DNA of 64,000 nt from the human T2T-CHM13v2.0 reference genome, Homo sapiens, in NCBI RefSeq assembly GCF_009914755.1, contig NC_060928.1. One strand, written 5' to 3'. The translations under genes were made by a program, and so were the position numbers. Positions 31,801 to 47,580 of the stretch are shown here, one piece after another (within the stretch, counting starts at the first letter, position 1; every line of letters starts with the position of its first letter). The notes under the pieces are model-generated. The model did not search any database, had not been told where the DNA came from, and saw only the letters and a list, made by a program, of their open reading frames with translations.

Positions 31801-32204
31801 GAGGCTGGACTAGGATAGGAATGTGTTGGATGGAATATCAGAGTCAATTAAACTCAGTAAAGGTAAATATCATTTCATGAAACTTCTGTTTCTATTGGAA
31901 TCAAGGGAGGTCTCTGTGTGTGTGTGCATGAGCTGCATTTCTTACTGTGAGTTACAGTCTAAAACTTTCTACATTGCCCTGCAGAATTACTCTTACCAAC
32001 CCTAGGGAAATTAATTGGCCCATTCTTCACTTCATCAAGCTTAGCTTTCCTTTACATTAGGTTTTTCAAGGTGCTAGCATCAATTCGGCTCATCTCTACT
32101 CTTTGTCTCTTTAGCTAATCTGCAAATTTGGGCAAACTGTGTAGGATTTGTTCCAGTAACATTTTAGCTAAATAAAGACCGTAGAGTGTTATTAAGGACT
32201 TTCT

Positions 32205-32581
<377 letters not shown>

Positions 32582-32889
32582 TCAATCTCCTTCTTCCATG
32601 CCCCTCCCTGCATCTCTTTTTCTACCATCCTCTGTATTTTCTCTGGTACCTGATTGGAAACTCTTCATTTGTGTTTTTTGGCAGCCTGGACCAAAAGTGC
32701 AGCTGTTACTGCTACAGCACTTTATGACACGTGCCTTTTCCAACACCTCTGTTAGGCTGAGACTTAGCTCTTTTTGGCAGATCACAAAGCAGGAGTTCTA
32801 CATTGCTAAAAGACATACCTTCCCCCGCCCTTGCATCTTCTCTCCAAAACAAACTCACTGCAGCTTTTCTGCTACTGTTGCTTTGCTAG

Positions 32890-33039
32890 CTTTTTACCTT
32901 TGGATGGAGAGAAGATATTCGACCCGGTGAGCCACTGCATACCCGGAAATTCTGCTTTGATGCGATCTCACACAACAGCCCCGTTACACTCTATGACTGT
33001 CATGGCATGAAGGGGAACCAGCTCTGGGGATACCGGAAG
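32890..33039 (+). CDS. GALNTL6: GALNTL6 penultimate coding exon (150 bp, phase 0/0), ricin-lectin beta repeat
   Basis: Acceptor gttgctttgctag and donor AAG|gtaaga. Translates to [50 protein letters not shown], with the CxD...C...NQxW motif typical of GALNT10-like lectin domains. Not in the ORF track. Confidence 0.96.
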
Positions 33040-33125
33040 GTAAGAGTCAGTCCACTGTGGTCATTCTCAAATTACTGTGGTTTAAGTTATTCTTACTCAG
33101 TTTTCTTTGAAAACACACCGTTTTA

Positions 33126-33405
33126 GGCCTGGCGCAGTCACTCACACCTGTAATCCTGGCACTCTGGGAGGTCGAGGTGGGCAGATCACCTGAGGTTGGA
33201 GTTTGAGACCAGCCTGACCAACATAGCGAAACCCCATCTCTACTGAAAATACAAAAAAAAGTCAGGCGTAGTGATGGGTGCCTGTAATCCCAGCTACTCA
33301 GGAGGCTGAGGCAGGAGAATCACTTTGAGCATGGGAGGGGGAGATTGCAGTGAGCCAAGATCGTGCCACTACACTCCAGCCTGGGTGACAGGGCAAGACT
33401 CTGTT
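33126..33405 (+). mobile_element. AluS SINE
   Basis: Full dimer whose tail is replaced by a purine microsatellite. Confidence 0.93.
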
Positions 33406-33633
33406 AAGAAAAGAAAGAGAGAGAGAGAAAAGGAAGGAAGGAAAGAAGGAAGGAAGGAAGGAAGGAAGGAAGGAAGGAAGGAAGGAAGGAAGGAAAGAAG
33501 GAAGGAAGGAAGGAAAGAAGGAAGGAAGGAAGGAAAGAAGGAAGGAAAAGAGAGAGAGAAGGCAGGAAGGCAGGAAGGGAGAGAGGGAGGGAGGGAGGAA
33601 GGAAGGAAGGAAGGAAGGAAGGAAGGAAGGAAG
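33406..33633. repeat. (GAAG)n / polypurine compound microsatellite
   Basis: About 228 bp of almost pure purine, mainly GGAA units. Confidence 0.97.
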
Positions 33634-34781
33634 TTTTGAAAGTTTTACCTAGTCATACATACACATATTTGGCTCACACATCTGGAGATCACCAGCAAAG
33701 GTGAAGGGAAAAATCGTGTGTGTAGAAAGGGGCAAGCTTTTGGCTTCGCTTGTTATATGTGTGGCCATCACAATCAGTTATGATTGAAAAATGGCTTTGA
33801 GCCAGAACAAGGGATGGGTCTAGGTTTAACTCAGAACACTCCCAAAAGGAGGAACCACATATCCAATAAGCAAAACCACGCATACATAATTTTTAACATC
33901 ACCATTCACAACACACATACACACAGATTGTGGCATCCATTCATTTTTTATGTATCTCAGGCTCACTTGCTTGGGACCTGTCTGGGTTAAGACAATGATG
34001 TTTACACAAATATTTATACATCTATGTAGATATAATTGCTGCAATCCTTATACAAAAAGTGACCCATTTACATTTTCACCAAAATCCTGCCCAAATGTAG
34101 CAAAGAAGAATTTACTTGGGGAATTTAAAAGTTTCAAAAATTATAAAGTTAACAGTGAATGGTAGGAAAAATTCAAAAACATATATAAAGTCACATTTTA
34201 TTGAGTTAATAAAATAAAGAGCAATTAAGTTATTGTTTGAAAATATTTTTATTGTTTCCTTTTGACAACTTTTTAGAATACTTTACAAAATTGCTTTTCA
34301 AATTCTTTGCTTTTGGGGATAGAACTTGGCTGTCAATTAGCAATTACTCCATAAGCTCCATTCTGCCCTCTCAAATCCATGGACCTGCTGGGGCCTTCTC
34401 AGCCAGGGATAAGATGCCTTCTGTTTGCTTTTTCACACTCTGAGGCCAGCCTTGCCTCAGGCTATAAGGAAAATGGAATATCCCCCACTTTATTCATGAA
34501 CTTGGCCATCCTGTGGCTGAGGCAAGGTCAGTGTCCCCCCAAATTACAGAAAGCTAAAGGAGAGAAGTGGTGGAGAGTCAGTGTGGGGAGAGGGAGGACT
34601 GGTTATGTTACTTGTTGCCTTACTTAATAAGCATTCTGGTTTCCACCTCTTAGAGATGAGCTCCTAAAACTATACTCATCCAAAGGTGGACTTGTTTGTA
34701 TAAGTTTATTCTGCATCCCACCCCCACCCAAACACCTGGCAGGTTGTGGCTGTGTCTAGCAAAATTACAAAACATCAGTTG

Positions 34782-35086
34782 AGCCGAGCACAGTAGCTCA
34801 CGCTTGTCATCCCAACACTTTGGGAGGAGAGGCGGGCAGATCACCTGAGGTCAGGAGTTCAAGACAAGCCTGGCCAACATGGTGAAACCCCATCTGGACT
34901 AAAAAATACAAAATTAGCCAGGCATGTTGGTGCATGCCTATAGTCCCAGCTACTCGGGAGGCTGAGGCAGGAGAATTGCCTGATCCTGGGAGGCAGAAGT
35001 TGCAGTGAGCCAAGATCACACCATTGCACTGCACTCCAGCCTGGGCGACAAGAGCGAAACTCCATCCCAAAAAAAGCAAAAAAAAA
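34782..35086 (+). mobile_element. AluSq/Sp-like SINE
   Basis: gacaagagcgaaactcc. TSD aaaacatcagttg / aaaaaatcagttg. Confidence 0.94.
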
Positions 35087-35989
35087 TCAGTTGTTATATC
35101 CTTCTACAAAACAATCTAGAATGAAAGGAGCTCAGAAGATGGTATCTGATTAAAAATGAAGCTGGGGGAATATCACTGCAATAGTAAAACCTCGCCGTTT
35201 TCTTTATGAAATGTATAATAAATGATTCATCTTATCAAACTATTTTGCTATTCAACATGATACAGCCTGTGTGTGGTGCAATAAAGTAAGGTTTTTTTTA
35301 ATGATTATATTCTGACATCTAAAGAGTTACTTTCTGCGCACATCGATAAAATAGCTGACTGGCCATTTGCTTAGTATGTTAGTGGTTCCTAATGAACAGA
35401 ACATTTCTTATTACTGTACATTTATAGCATGACACACCAACCACTCAATAATATGCAATTAAGCCAAGAAAATGCAATTGTTTTTATTAGGGAGCTTACA
35501 AAAGTTTACAGATGGATAAGAACAACTAATACACAGAGCTCCTGGGGAGAAAAAAAACTGGCTGCAGTGGTTTCAAGGGGAAACTCTTATGAGCTTTAAT
35601 ATTAAACCTTTCCAGGATCCTAAGGGATTTGTGAAAGGAAACCACTAGATTCAATTGTGCTGTGGCTCTCTTCTCAGCTTTTTGTAGCTGTTGGTATTGC
35701 ATTACTTAGCAAAAGGTTACACTCCATGTGTATTTATATAGCAAGCAAGGTATTTATACTTAATCAGGAACATGCAAAGGCTCAAAATGGAAAGTTTCTG
35801 AAATATCACATCTTGGTGGATGACTCAGGCCTATTCAGACACACCTGTTTTAGAAAATTCCTCTTGTTTTTTCCAAGGGCTATGCCTAAGGCATAAAGAG
35901 AAAAAGCACAAAGAGAAATCTCTCTGGTGTGTTACCTTATCTATTTGGATGCAGTACTTGGCTCTGGGGGCTTCTGGCAGTTTTAGATG

Positions 35990-36324
<335 letters not shown>

Positions 36325-36719
36325 TAAGATCAATATTTCCTAGGAGAGTTCCCCAATGCCTTGGATTCAGTGTCACTGATACCAGCCAACCCCTCCCTCC
36401 CAGCTACATGGAGATATCTTGGAGAGAGAAGGTGGCCAGAAGCCACCTTGCTTGGGTGGATGAAAGTTGTTTTCGGACCTTGCTTCCTGGTTTCAGCAAC
36501 TCTCATTCCGCTTTTAGTTATTTTTAGATGTGGCTCTTTGCCACCACAAAAGGAGAAAAGCATCCTTATTCTATGATGCTGGGGCTATGTTCAGTTGAAC
36601 AGCTGTTTCCTACAATAACAGGCACCCAGGAAGAGGAATCCTGTTCCTGGTTTTCTTTTACCACCAGGGGGACCCCTGTTACAAGAACAGTGAATTGTTG
36701 AGGCAACCTCAGTAAAAAT

Positions 36720-37140
36720 ATTTGTCCTCACCCAGCATCAAACAGGAAACTGTCTTTCCTCTTCTTCAATCCCCATTGGTCACTAAGATTTGTCACCCAC
36801 TTCCATCCCCAGTCATTGGTCACTAAGACTTGTCACCTGCCCCCATCAGCCAATAACTCTGAAATCCACCCGCTCTTTGCCATTTCTATAGCCAGCCCCT
36901 GCCTGGTTCAGTCTTCACATCTTACCCCTGGGTTATTGCAATGGCTTCCTAAAGGGCTGCCCTGCTTCCTGTCTTTCCCCTTCCCCTTCCCCATCTTCCA
37001 CCCTGAAGCCAGAGGGAGATTTCACAAAACCTGGTCATGGTATTCCTCTGTTTCATGACTTCATTTGGTTTCTCATTGAGTAGAAGATAGAGTGCTTTAG
37101 CCTCTCAATACTCATCTGGATCCTTCACAACCTGGCCAAC
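36720..37140 (+). mobile_element. L2 fragment
   Basis: tctgaaatccacccgctc...tgcaatggcttcctaa...ccaccctgaagccagagggagatttc. Confidence 0.6.
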
Positions 37141-37514
37141 ATAACAGCCGACCATCAGCCCTTAGAGTTATTCAGGCTTAATACACCCCAATTCATCCTG
37201 AAATTGTAAGGGGATCTTGAATAGTTGTTTTGCTTTTATGACTTTCAAGTGCTTCACCAACATAATAATGATAATAACTGAGTGAGATAAACTATGGAAA
37301 ACTTCTAGCACAGTTTCTGATCATAAGATTTCCATCTGTGTTGGTGACAATGCACTTTTTACACTGATCATCATGGCAAGGTATATCCTAATATACCACA
37401 TCATTAAAGCAATCTCTCCTAGGCAATATTGACAGTTGTTATCCCTCCAAAATTGAGCGCTATCTCCCATGCCCTTTTCATTTTAAGTAAACATTTTATT
37501 AGATTATAGCATAT

Positions 37515-37955
37515 GTCTTAATTTGGGTTTCCCCATATATACAACCTAAAGTAAGAATTTTAATGCACATGGTTTATTTGGGATATAGCCCCAAAAATTC
37601 TTGACAGGGAGTGAGGAAGTGAAATGGAGGAGATATCAGAGCCAATAAAGGGTGCATTATCAAGCAAGTACCACCGCAGGCAATTAGAACTCAATCCTAC
37701 TGAAGATCTCTGGAAATGGTATATAGAACACACATCAGGGAGTCAATTTTTTGGTCAGGTTCCTGACCAAAGATTGACTGGAATGGTGTATAAATACCCC
37801 AACTCCCTTGATACCTCTGGCCTGCTGCTCTTACAGACAGAACCATTCTTAAGGCCGGAGAAAGTCCTTAAGCAGAGAGATGCAGTGACATCCGGGCCAG
37901 CATGCACTGAAATGGAAAGGCCTGAAGGGCCATGCTCAGGGTACAGGCACTGCCA
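37515..37955 (-). mobile_element. ERVL solo LTR (LTR33-like)
   Basis: tggtttatttggga...agggagtgaggaagtga...gccaataaagggtgcattatcaagcaagt. Confidence 0.7.
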
Positions 37956-37964
37956 AGAATCCAG

Positions 37965-38890
37965 GTGCTCTGCATCCTCACCAACACTTGGTATTGTCAG
38001 TTTCTTTTTCTTTTTTATTCTGTGATTGTAAAGTGATATGTTTGTTAGCCATTTTGGATATCTTATTTGTGCAGCACCTACTTGAGTCTTTTGCCCATTT
38101 TCAAAACATGGGCTGTCTGGCTTTTTCACACAGATTTTTAGGGATTTTTTCTATATATAAGTGCCTCATTGGATGTATGCATTGCAATATCTTATTCTTG
38201 TTGGTGTCTTGTCTTTTTTCTGTTTAGTGGAGTGTCTTAATGAAAGCTATTATTTATGATTCGTGGGTTTTGTGTTCTGTTTAGGAAATCCTGGCCTTCA
38301 TGTAGTTAGTCTTCCAAGTCATCTTTGGAAATTTTATTGCTTAATGTTCTACATTTCGGTTTATAATTCCCTGATATATCTGTATATCTATATAGATATA
38401 TATAATTTTTTGAGACGGACTTTCGCTCTGTCAGCCAAGCTGGAGTGCAGTGGTGTGATCTTGGCTCCCAGCAATCTCCACCTCCCGGGTTCAAGCGAGA
38501 CTCCTTCCTCAGCCTCCCCAAGTAGCTAGGATTACAGGCACATGCCACCCAGCTACTTTTTGTATTTTTAGTAGAGACGGGGTTTCACCACGTTGGCCAG
38601 GCTGGTCTCGAACTCCTGACCTCATGATCCCGCCCACCTCTACCTCCCAATGTGCTGGGATTACAGGCGTGAGCCACCGCGCCCAGCCCTCCCTGAAATA
38701 TTTTTATGTGTATAATGTAAGATAAGGGTTGATTCATATACAGAGATAGAAATAGATATAGATATATATTGATAGAGACATGCTATTGATCAATCACCAT
38801 TTATTTAAAAGACCATTTTTTCCCACTGCACTGAAGTGACGCTTTTATTGTAAGTCAAGAGGTCTTATATACACTGGTCCATTGTTAAAT
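37965..38890 (-). mobile_element. Old L1 (L1ME-like) fragment with a nested Alu
   Basis: catcctcaccaacacttggtattgtcag...gtcttttgcccatttt...caccatttatttaaaagacc. Confidence 0.7.
38400..38688 (-). mobile_element. AluSg-like SINE
   Basis: Full dimer. Degenerate TSD tccctgatatat / tccctgaaatat. Confidence 0.93.
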
Positions 38891-38979
38891 CCTCAAGTTT
38901 TTACCATGTAACTAAATAGTCTTAGCCATACAGAAAGTAAGCTAATAAAATAAACTAAATTAATCTAATAGGAAGTATA

Positions 38980-39715
38980 GCCAAAAACCCACAACTACCA
39001 TCACTCTTAGTGGTGAAATGTTAAAGCTCTCCTCCAGAGATGGGGAATAAAATAGAATGTTGACTATAATCATGTTTTTCAACCTTTTATAGGATATCTA
39101 ATCAGTGTAATCAGGCAAGATATAGACCTTTAAAGGAATAAGAATTGGAAAGGAAGAAATAAAACAGTCCATTCGTAGATGTCATGTTAGGGTATTTAGA
39201 AAATCCAAAAGATTATGCAGCTGAAGTATTTTAAAAATGAATAGATACAATTAGCATAGGCCCAAGATGAAAATGAATTGTTTATATACTAGCAACAAAA
39301 AATAGAAAATGAAGTTTAAAAGTGATTCCATTTGGTCACTGTGAAAAGCACAAAATAGGAATAAATCACGGCAAAGATGTGAAAGACTTTTATGCAGAAA
39401 ACTACAAAGCATCACTAAGAAAAATCTTAAAAACTATAGAGGGATCCATCATGTTCAAGGATTATGTCTCAATATTGTGAAGATGTCAGTTTTTAAATGA
39501 TCCAAACATTTAATGCAAAACCAAACAAATCTCAGGAGGCTTATTTGTGGAAATTGATAACCTGATTCCAAAATTTACATGGAAAATGTAAGGGACAAGA
39601 ATAGCTAAGAAAATCTTGAAGAAGGAAAAAAAAGTACTAAAACATTATAAAAGCACCAGGTATCAAAACATTACAAAGGTGTATTATTAAGGCAATGTAC
39701 TCGCCTGAGGATAGA
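38980..39715 (+). mobile_element. Old L1M ORF2 (RT region) fragment
   Basis: aaaggaataagaattggaaaggaagaaataaaac...gcagaaaactacaaagcatcactaagaaaa...ccaaaatttacatggaaa. Confidence 0.8.
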
Positions 39716-39719
39716 CTGA

Positions 39720-39810
39720 CTGAGGCTCTCTAGAAGGTGAAGCCTGGGTATTGATATTCTTTGAAAGGTCCCGAGAGATTCTAATAGACAGTCAGATGGA
39801 GAATCACTTT
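39720..39810. mobile_element. MER5-type hAT fragment
   Basis: gtgaagcctggg...gattctaatagacagtcagatggagaatcact. Confidence 0.45.
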
Positions 39811-41199
39811 TGTAGCTCTAATTTTTACTTTCTTTCTTTAATCTACTCCTCCCTTTTGCTCTAGTTGGAATTTCCCCCTCTTTCTGTACTCCTATAGCAT
39901 TTTGTTTCCTTCTTTCTACTTAAAACACTGTATATTATACATACTTAGCCCCCTCACCCCCGCCAACTACCTGAGGGCAAGAACTTTTTAAAAAATGTCT
40001 ATATGGCCTGCCTAATACCTAATATATGAAGTTCCTAAATAAGCATTCATTGACTGGCTTAAAGAACCACTAGTTCAATTATTGATATGAGCCCTGCCTT
40101 CATAAACCCCAACCTGTGCTGGATAAAACTTAACACATTTATTTGTCTCAAAACTACATATGCAACCTCCCAACGACCAAAAATAAAAGATTTAAAATTA
40201 CTTTCTTTAGTTGCTCTCTGGGGGTTCTTATAATTTAACTTTCATAATAAAGGACTTGCAAATAGCATCAAACAGGAAGTACAGGTAAGAAGGCACCTGC
40301 CAGGCTAAATTGATAACAGTGTAACCATTCCATTCATTTAAAAAGTGAGTGGGTGGAATTTTTGGCATCTGCCTACATTTGACTATTTGTTGTTAACTTA
40401 TGATATATGCCAGGTTTTGGCCTCTCAGTTCATAAAATGAGGATGTACCAGTCCACAAAGATGCCAGATAGAAGGGCTCGAGGTTGTTATTTTAAATCAT
40501 TCTGGACAGGTATTGATTTGGGACCAAAAAATAAGGAAAGTGTATATAACAAGTTTAACTTAAAAGTCATGTAATTCAACTCTGGTTCTGATAAATGAAG
40601 TCACTAAAAAATCCTGGACATGTGGTCAGAGGTTGGGCAGTCACACTCTCCCAGGTCAGTCCTAATTGCCAGAAAGCTCTTCCCTGGCCTTTGATTACCA
40701 CACAGATTATATTTAATTCATTTTACTCAAGACAGATCCCAAATATTTGAACAAATACCTGCCTGGTTTTTAATCCAATTAAATGGCCCAATTTCCTGCC
40801 ACTGCTCTCCATATGACTTAATTTGAACCCACCTCCATCTCCTGGACACTCACCCCTAAAGTACTGCAGATAGTCTTAGAGAGTAACATGATTCCCAGAA
40901 CACAATATTGTAAGAATGTTGTCAACAAAGAAAGTAGAATAAGTTTCTAGCACCTTTTGTTATGAGCTTCTAGCATGCTTTGCTGTGAGCAATGTCTCTG
41001 TTAATTTAGCCTGAGTTGATTGATTTCCTGCCTTAACTTCACACACTCAGCTTCTTAATGAGCTTTCAGTACTGGAGAAAAAAAATCTCAGTCTTTTTCT
41101 CTTGCTTTGCTAAACAGACATATCTCTCCAATCTTATATCTGTACAGGTCATCTTTTACATTATGTTGCTATCCACTTTTTTCCATTAAACTCTATCCT

Positions 41200-41530
41200 A
41201 TTATAATTATCCCAACCTGGATTTAAACATTTTGATTCAACTTAATAGCAATTGAACTATAATTTGTTTCATCCACAGATTGGATCAGCATCCATTCATG
41301 CCTTCATCTAAATTGTTGATCCCAGTGCAAAGTCAAGCACTGAGCCCTCTATCATACAGCAGAGGTAACAAAATCCATTAATGAGCATCATTTGGAGGAA
41401 GTTACTCAACCAGATAAAAATTCATGTAAAATTATCTTCTAGACCACCGTTCTCCAGCTTGCCCATAAGAAAACAAAATTGGACTCTTCAAACATCTTGC
41501 TGAAAACCAGATGCCCAATGTCTGCAACAT
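41200..41530 (-). mobile_element. L3/CR1 reverse-transcriptase fragment
   Basis: ttcatctaaattgttgat...atccattaatgagca...ctcaaccag...ttctccagcttgccca...cttgctgaaaaccaga, matching CR1 RT in antisense. Confidence 0.6.
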
Positions 41531-42135
41531 ACCCCTTTTGGTAACAGAGGACTTATGTTATCCTAAGAAGTTGTGATTCTTATGCAGAAAATTTCAGTGC
41601 AAATTGAAAATTCAGTTACCTTTTCAAAGAAGAATTAGGCTAACTCTCAGGAGGACTATACATTCGCCCCAGCAATGAAGCTGCCTTTTCAATAATTAAT
41701 TCTATCTTCCCATCCTGTTTTTAGCTGTATGTCTAACCCAGCTGAAATCACTTAGGTTGTTATGACCTTCTAACTTTTGCCATTTCAACTTAGCAATATT
41801 CCTACTGATTACCTAACATACTTAACTGCCATTCTCTGATCACTCCGAAATAGAAAGGCTCTGTTACAACTCTCCTGGGGCTCTTCCGTAAAGAGAAAGT
41901 CTTTGTGAACTGAACGCCTGCCCAGATCTAGACTGTCAAACAGAAAAGAATCTTGTTAATAGGAACTATGAAAAAATCAAATTAGTGTTTGTTGATCAGG
42001 ACAATTCTTTCCTACCAAGCAGGTGCGGGGTGGGAGCAGGACTGGTAGTTGGCTCAGCCAAGAAAAGAGATGAAACATAACTCAAAGACTCTGTGCCCGG
42101 TCTGTGTTCTTAACCTCTGAGTTACGTTTCATCCC

Positions 42136-42469
<334 letters not shown>

Positions 42470-42479
42470 TCATAATAGT

Positions 42480-42690
42480 CACTGGCCCCACTGTGGATGC
42501 TGGCTTTGGGACCTTGGGCAACTTTCTTACTATGAATTTCTGTTTCTTCATTTATAAAATGGGAATAATAATTCCCTTTATTATCTACTTTAGTATGTGC
42601 CTTAGCAGGTTATTCTGATGATTAAAAAAAATTTAAGTGCACCTAGAGCATAGCACATAACAAGAGTTCAATTGATGTTAGCCGCTACTA
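42480..42690 (+). mobile_element. MIR SINE
   Basis: gaccttgggcaa...tgtttcttcatttataaaatgggaataata. Confidence 0.75.
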
Positions 42691-43522
42691 TACCATGCAT
42701 TCAGCAAGATAACTTCTGATTTGATTTTCGCTCTCCAAATAGATTTGCATACAGAAATAGATGGGCTAACTAGTCATATTTCTACACTGTACATTTCTGT
42801 ACTATTTTAACTATTTAGTTATAGCTAAATCTTAGAATATCAATTTCATGAGAGCAGGAATTTTTCTCTGCTTTCTTTCGTGCACTCTTTCCGGCATCTA
42901 AAACACTCTGTGGCACATAATAGGTACTTAATTCAAATTCACTGAATGAATGAATAAGTGAATCTAGCTTCCTGTTTGTCCACATTCACTATCTCTTCAG
43001 GTTGCTTAAGTGGGTTTAGGTAGGGAAAAAAAAAAGAGAGAGAGAGAGAAACTCTGGGTAGAATACTTAGCACTGCTTGATGCCTAGATACACATTTGAC
43101 AAATAGTAGCTATTATGTTCACATGACTTCATGCAGGTTTACTGAGGGGAGCTAAAGAGATATGGATAGACGGAAACAAGGTGCAAAACTTACGGGCTTA
43201 TTCTACTCATGGAGATTTCAGTACAGAGGGGAAGCGGACAAATACTACTTAAAGGAAGTGTACAGGATAATATGAGAACACAAAACACTGGGCACTATCC
43301 AGATCAGAAGGGTGAAGAAGCCTTCTCTGACAAACTAACTTCTAAATGGAGACCGAAAAGATGGAGACTTTTACCTTTTTAGATAGGTAAAGAAAGTGAT
43401 GGAGAAAAAGACCACAGACATCTGGATCAACTTGTGCAAGGCCCTGAGATAAGCAAGATATTGGTTTTCTCAGAACAGAAAGAAGCCAGTTGAAATGCAT
43501 ACGTGCAACAGAAAATGAACTA

Positions 43523-43568
43523 TTAGGTTGGTGCAAAAGTCATTGCAGTTTTTACCATTAAAAGTAAT
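43523..43568. mobile_element. Half MADE1 (mariner MITE)
   Basis: ta followed by ttaggttggtgcaaaagtcattgcagtttttaccattaaaagtaat (one inverted repeat plus spacer). Confidence 0.85.
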
Positions 43569-43573
43569 ACAAG

Positions 43574-44104
<531 letters not shown>

Positions 44105-44335
44105 GGCCAGACATCTGTAGAAGCAGGACTACACAAGACCTTGTAGGTCATGCTAAGAATTTAGCTAAGAGAGTGTGAAGTGTTTGAATGGATTGCAGAG
44201 CAGGCATCTAACACATCAGGATTGATTTTTTTTTTTCATGATCCCGGCTGCTCTCAGGAGAATTGAGGATAGATTGTGCACATCACTGGACCACAGCCCA
44301 AAAATGCTGGTGAGAAGAGCAGAAGGAGGGTTTGA

Positions 44336-44708
<373 letters not shown>

Positions 44709-45319
44709 AAGAAACATTATTTCTGATTGGCCAAATTAACCACTGATGCAGGAAGACCAATTTTCTCCTCCAGTGAGGAATTCTAGCTGTCAAAAAAAAA
44801 AAAAAAAAATGGAAAAGGGTAGACAAAAAGACTGCTTTGTCCCTTTTATGCCTATCAAGGTGTTATTTGCGTTCTCTCAGATGCCAACAGTAAAAATAGG
44901 CAGAAAAAGCCTCCTTGATTTGTCCTTCTTCCAGATGGCTCAAAGGATAGTCAAATATCAACCTTGTTCTTCTGCACAACCCTAAGAGGTGGGAAAGCAG
45001 ATCTTTTAATTCCCTGTCTCATCCCACTCCCCTCCTGCCCACTCCATTCACTTTACAGATGGAAACCCTGAATCACTGACAAACTAAGTGACCACAAAAG
45101 GTTATTGTCAGAGATAAAACTAGGATTAAAACTGGTTTCTTAATTCCAAGCCTTCATTCCCTCATAGCCATATTAGACACAAAAGGCTTTGGACAGGAAG
45201 GAGTTCTCTCTTACAGAAACATCCTCTTCCAATGTATACTCTTAAAATGAATCTTTCTACTTACATGGAAATTGATAGGAGGGGGTAACTCGAGTCTCCC
45301 AACTTGACACAGAGGAGCT

Positions 45320-46378
45320 ACCCTGAGATCCAGTCTATATCTAACTGCTCACTGGGCATCTAAACTTTGATGTCTCGTAAGCATCTCCAACTCGTCATAC
45401 CTAAAACTGAACTCATTATCATTCCCACACCAATCCTGTTTCTCTTTCTGCATTTCTTGCCTGAATACAGCTTTTCCTCTAGACATCCACCTCCTCCCTC
45501 TACCTCAACCTCCACATCTCATTAATCAGAATGCCCAATGCATTTCACTTCTCAGATCACTCCCTGGGTCACCCCCAACTCATCCCCATTGGTCTCGTTT
45601 TTGCATCAGCTGAAATCTGAATCATTGCGGTAGCCTCTGGTGGTTCTCTCTTACTGTAGTCCAATGCCTTTCCATCCCTCCTCCATCTTCCTCACTGCCA
45701 CCCTAACTATAGACCCTGTGACTCTTGTTCAAATCTCCCAATGACCATTCCGAGATACTTTCATGAGAAGTCAATCCTTAGCACTGTACCACCATCTCAT
45801 CATGATGTAGCCCCTGCCTACCTCTTGGATATCCTCGTCTGGACTTTTTCCCCTTGCTCCAGCTATACCATATGACTTGCTGGTCTGTGGCACAAGACCC
45901 AACCTCCATCACCTCTGACAACATCTCCTCACTCTGGCTTCCTCATTGTTCTCTAACCACCAGGGTGCATAGCTGCTTAGGGCCCAGACCCTGGCCATTC
46001 CCTCTGGGTGGGAAGGTCTGAGACTCTTTGCATGGTTAATTAGCTTACCTTCTTTGAGACTCCTCAGATGTTACCTTCTCAGTGAGATTTTCCCTGGCCA
46101 CTCAATTCAATGTTCACACTGGCCCCACCCCTGGCACTCCAGGTCCTTCTGACCGCCTTGATTTTTTTCATGTCACCTCTGAACAGGCTATGTGTTTACA
46201 TACTATGTTCATTGCTCATTGTCTGTGCCCCCACTGCCCCAACCTCACCCCTACCTCTGGAAAAGAAGCTCCAGGAGGGCAGGGATTTTTGTCTCTTTAA
46301 GTTTATATTCCAAGCACCTAAAATAGTGCCTGGCAAATAGCAGGTGCCCAATATATTTTTTGTTGAATAAGTTGAATG
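45320..46378 (+). mobile_element. L2 LINE 3' fragments
   Basis: gcatctccaactcgtcatacctaaaactgaactc...gggcagggatttttgtctc...tagtgcctggcaaatagcaggtgcccaatatatt. Confidence 0.75.
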
Positions 46379-46480
46379 CATAAGTATATATATTATTTTA
46401 TATATTTTTTCATATGTTCTTCCTTAAATCTAGAACAACCTAATTCATATCCTACTCACCCTCATCTACAATCTCATTGA

Positions 46481-47029
<549 letters not shown>

Positions 47030-47369
47030 TGATTAATGTTATCTTCTAGGCAAAGGACCTAAACACATAGATCAGATACAAGATCTGATCATAATTGCAC
47101 AGAAGAGCTCATTTCAGAGCCATAGATACCTTCTCTCCATAAATCCTTTCGGTTAAAATGGGAGGTACTATTGCATCAATTTAGATAACCAGTTGAGGCA
47201 GAGGCTAACTTTTGAAAATTCTATTTTGCCAGGACTTCAGAAAACACAATTTGGTGTCGAATAGCTGGTCTCAGACCAGATGGTTGGTACATTCTGATTT
47301 TTAGAACTAGGGATGCTCCCTGACTGAAAACAAAGTAGTGGAAAGGGAGGGAGGAATCACTATTACTTA

Positions 47370-47580
47370 GTTATTTACTTATAGGCAGGACACTATGCCA
47401 GTGATTTTATATCTATTAACTCTTTTTATCCTCAAAATAAATATGTGAGGCATACTGTCATTTACATGTTACAGATAAGTAACCTGAGGTTCAGAAAATT
47501 AAACAAGTTGTCCAAGATTACATAGCAGGACTGAAATTTGATGAATCCCCTACGCCACAAATCCAAGCACTTTCCCCATG
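47370..47580 (-). mobile_element. MIR SINE
   Basis: ttacagataagtaacctgaggttcagaaaattaaacaagttgtccaagattaca. Confidence 0.7.

Noticed and set aside
33325-33639. ORF with (EGRK)n
   Set aside because: Translation of the GAAG microsatellite.
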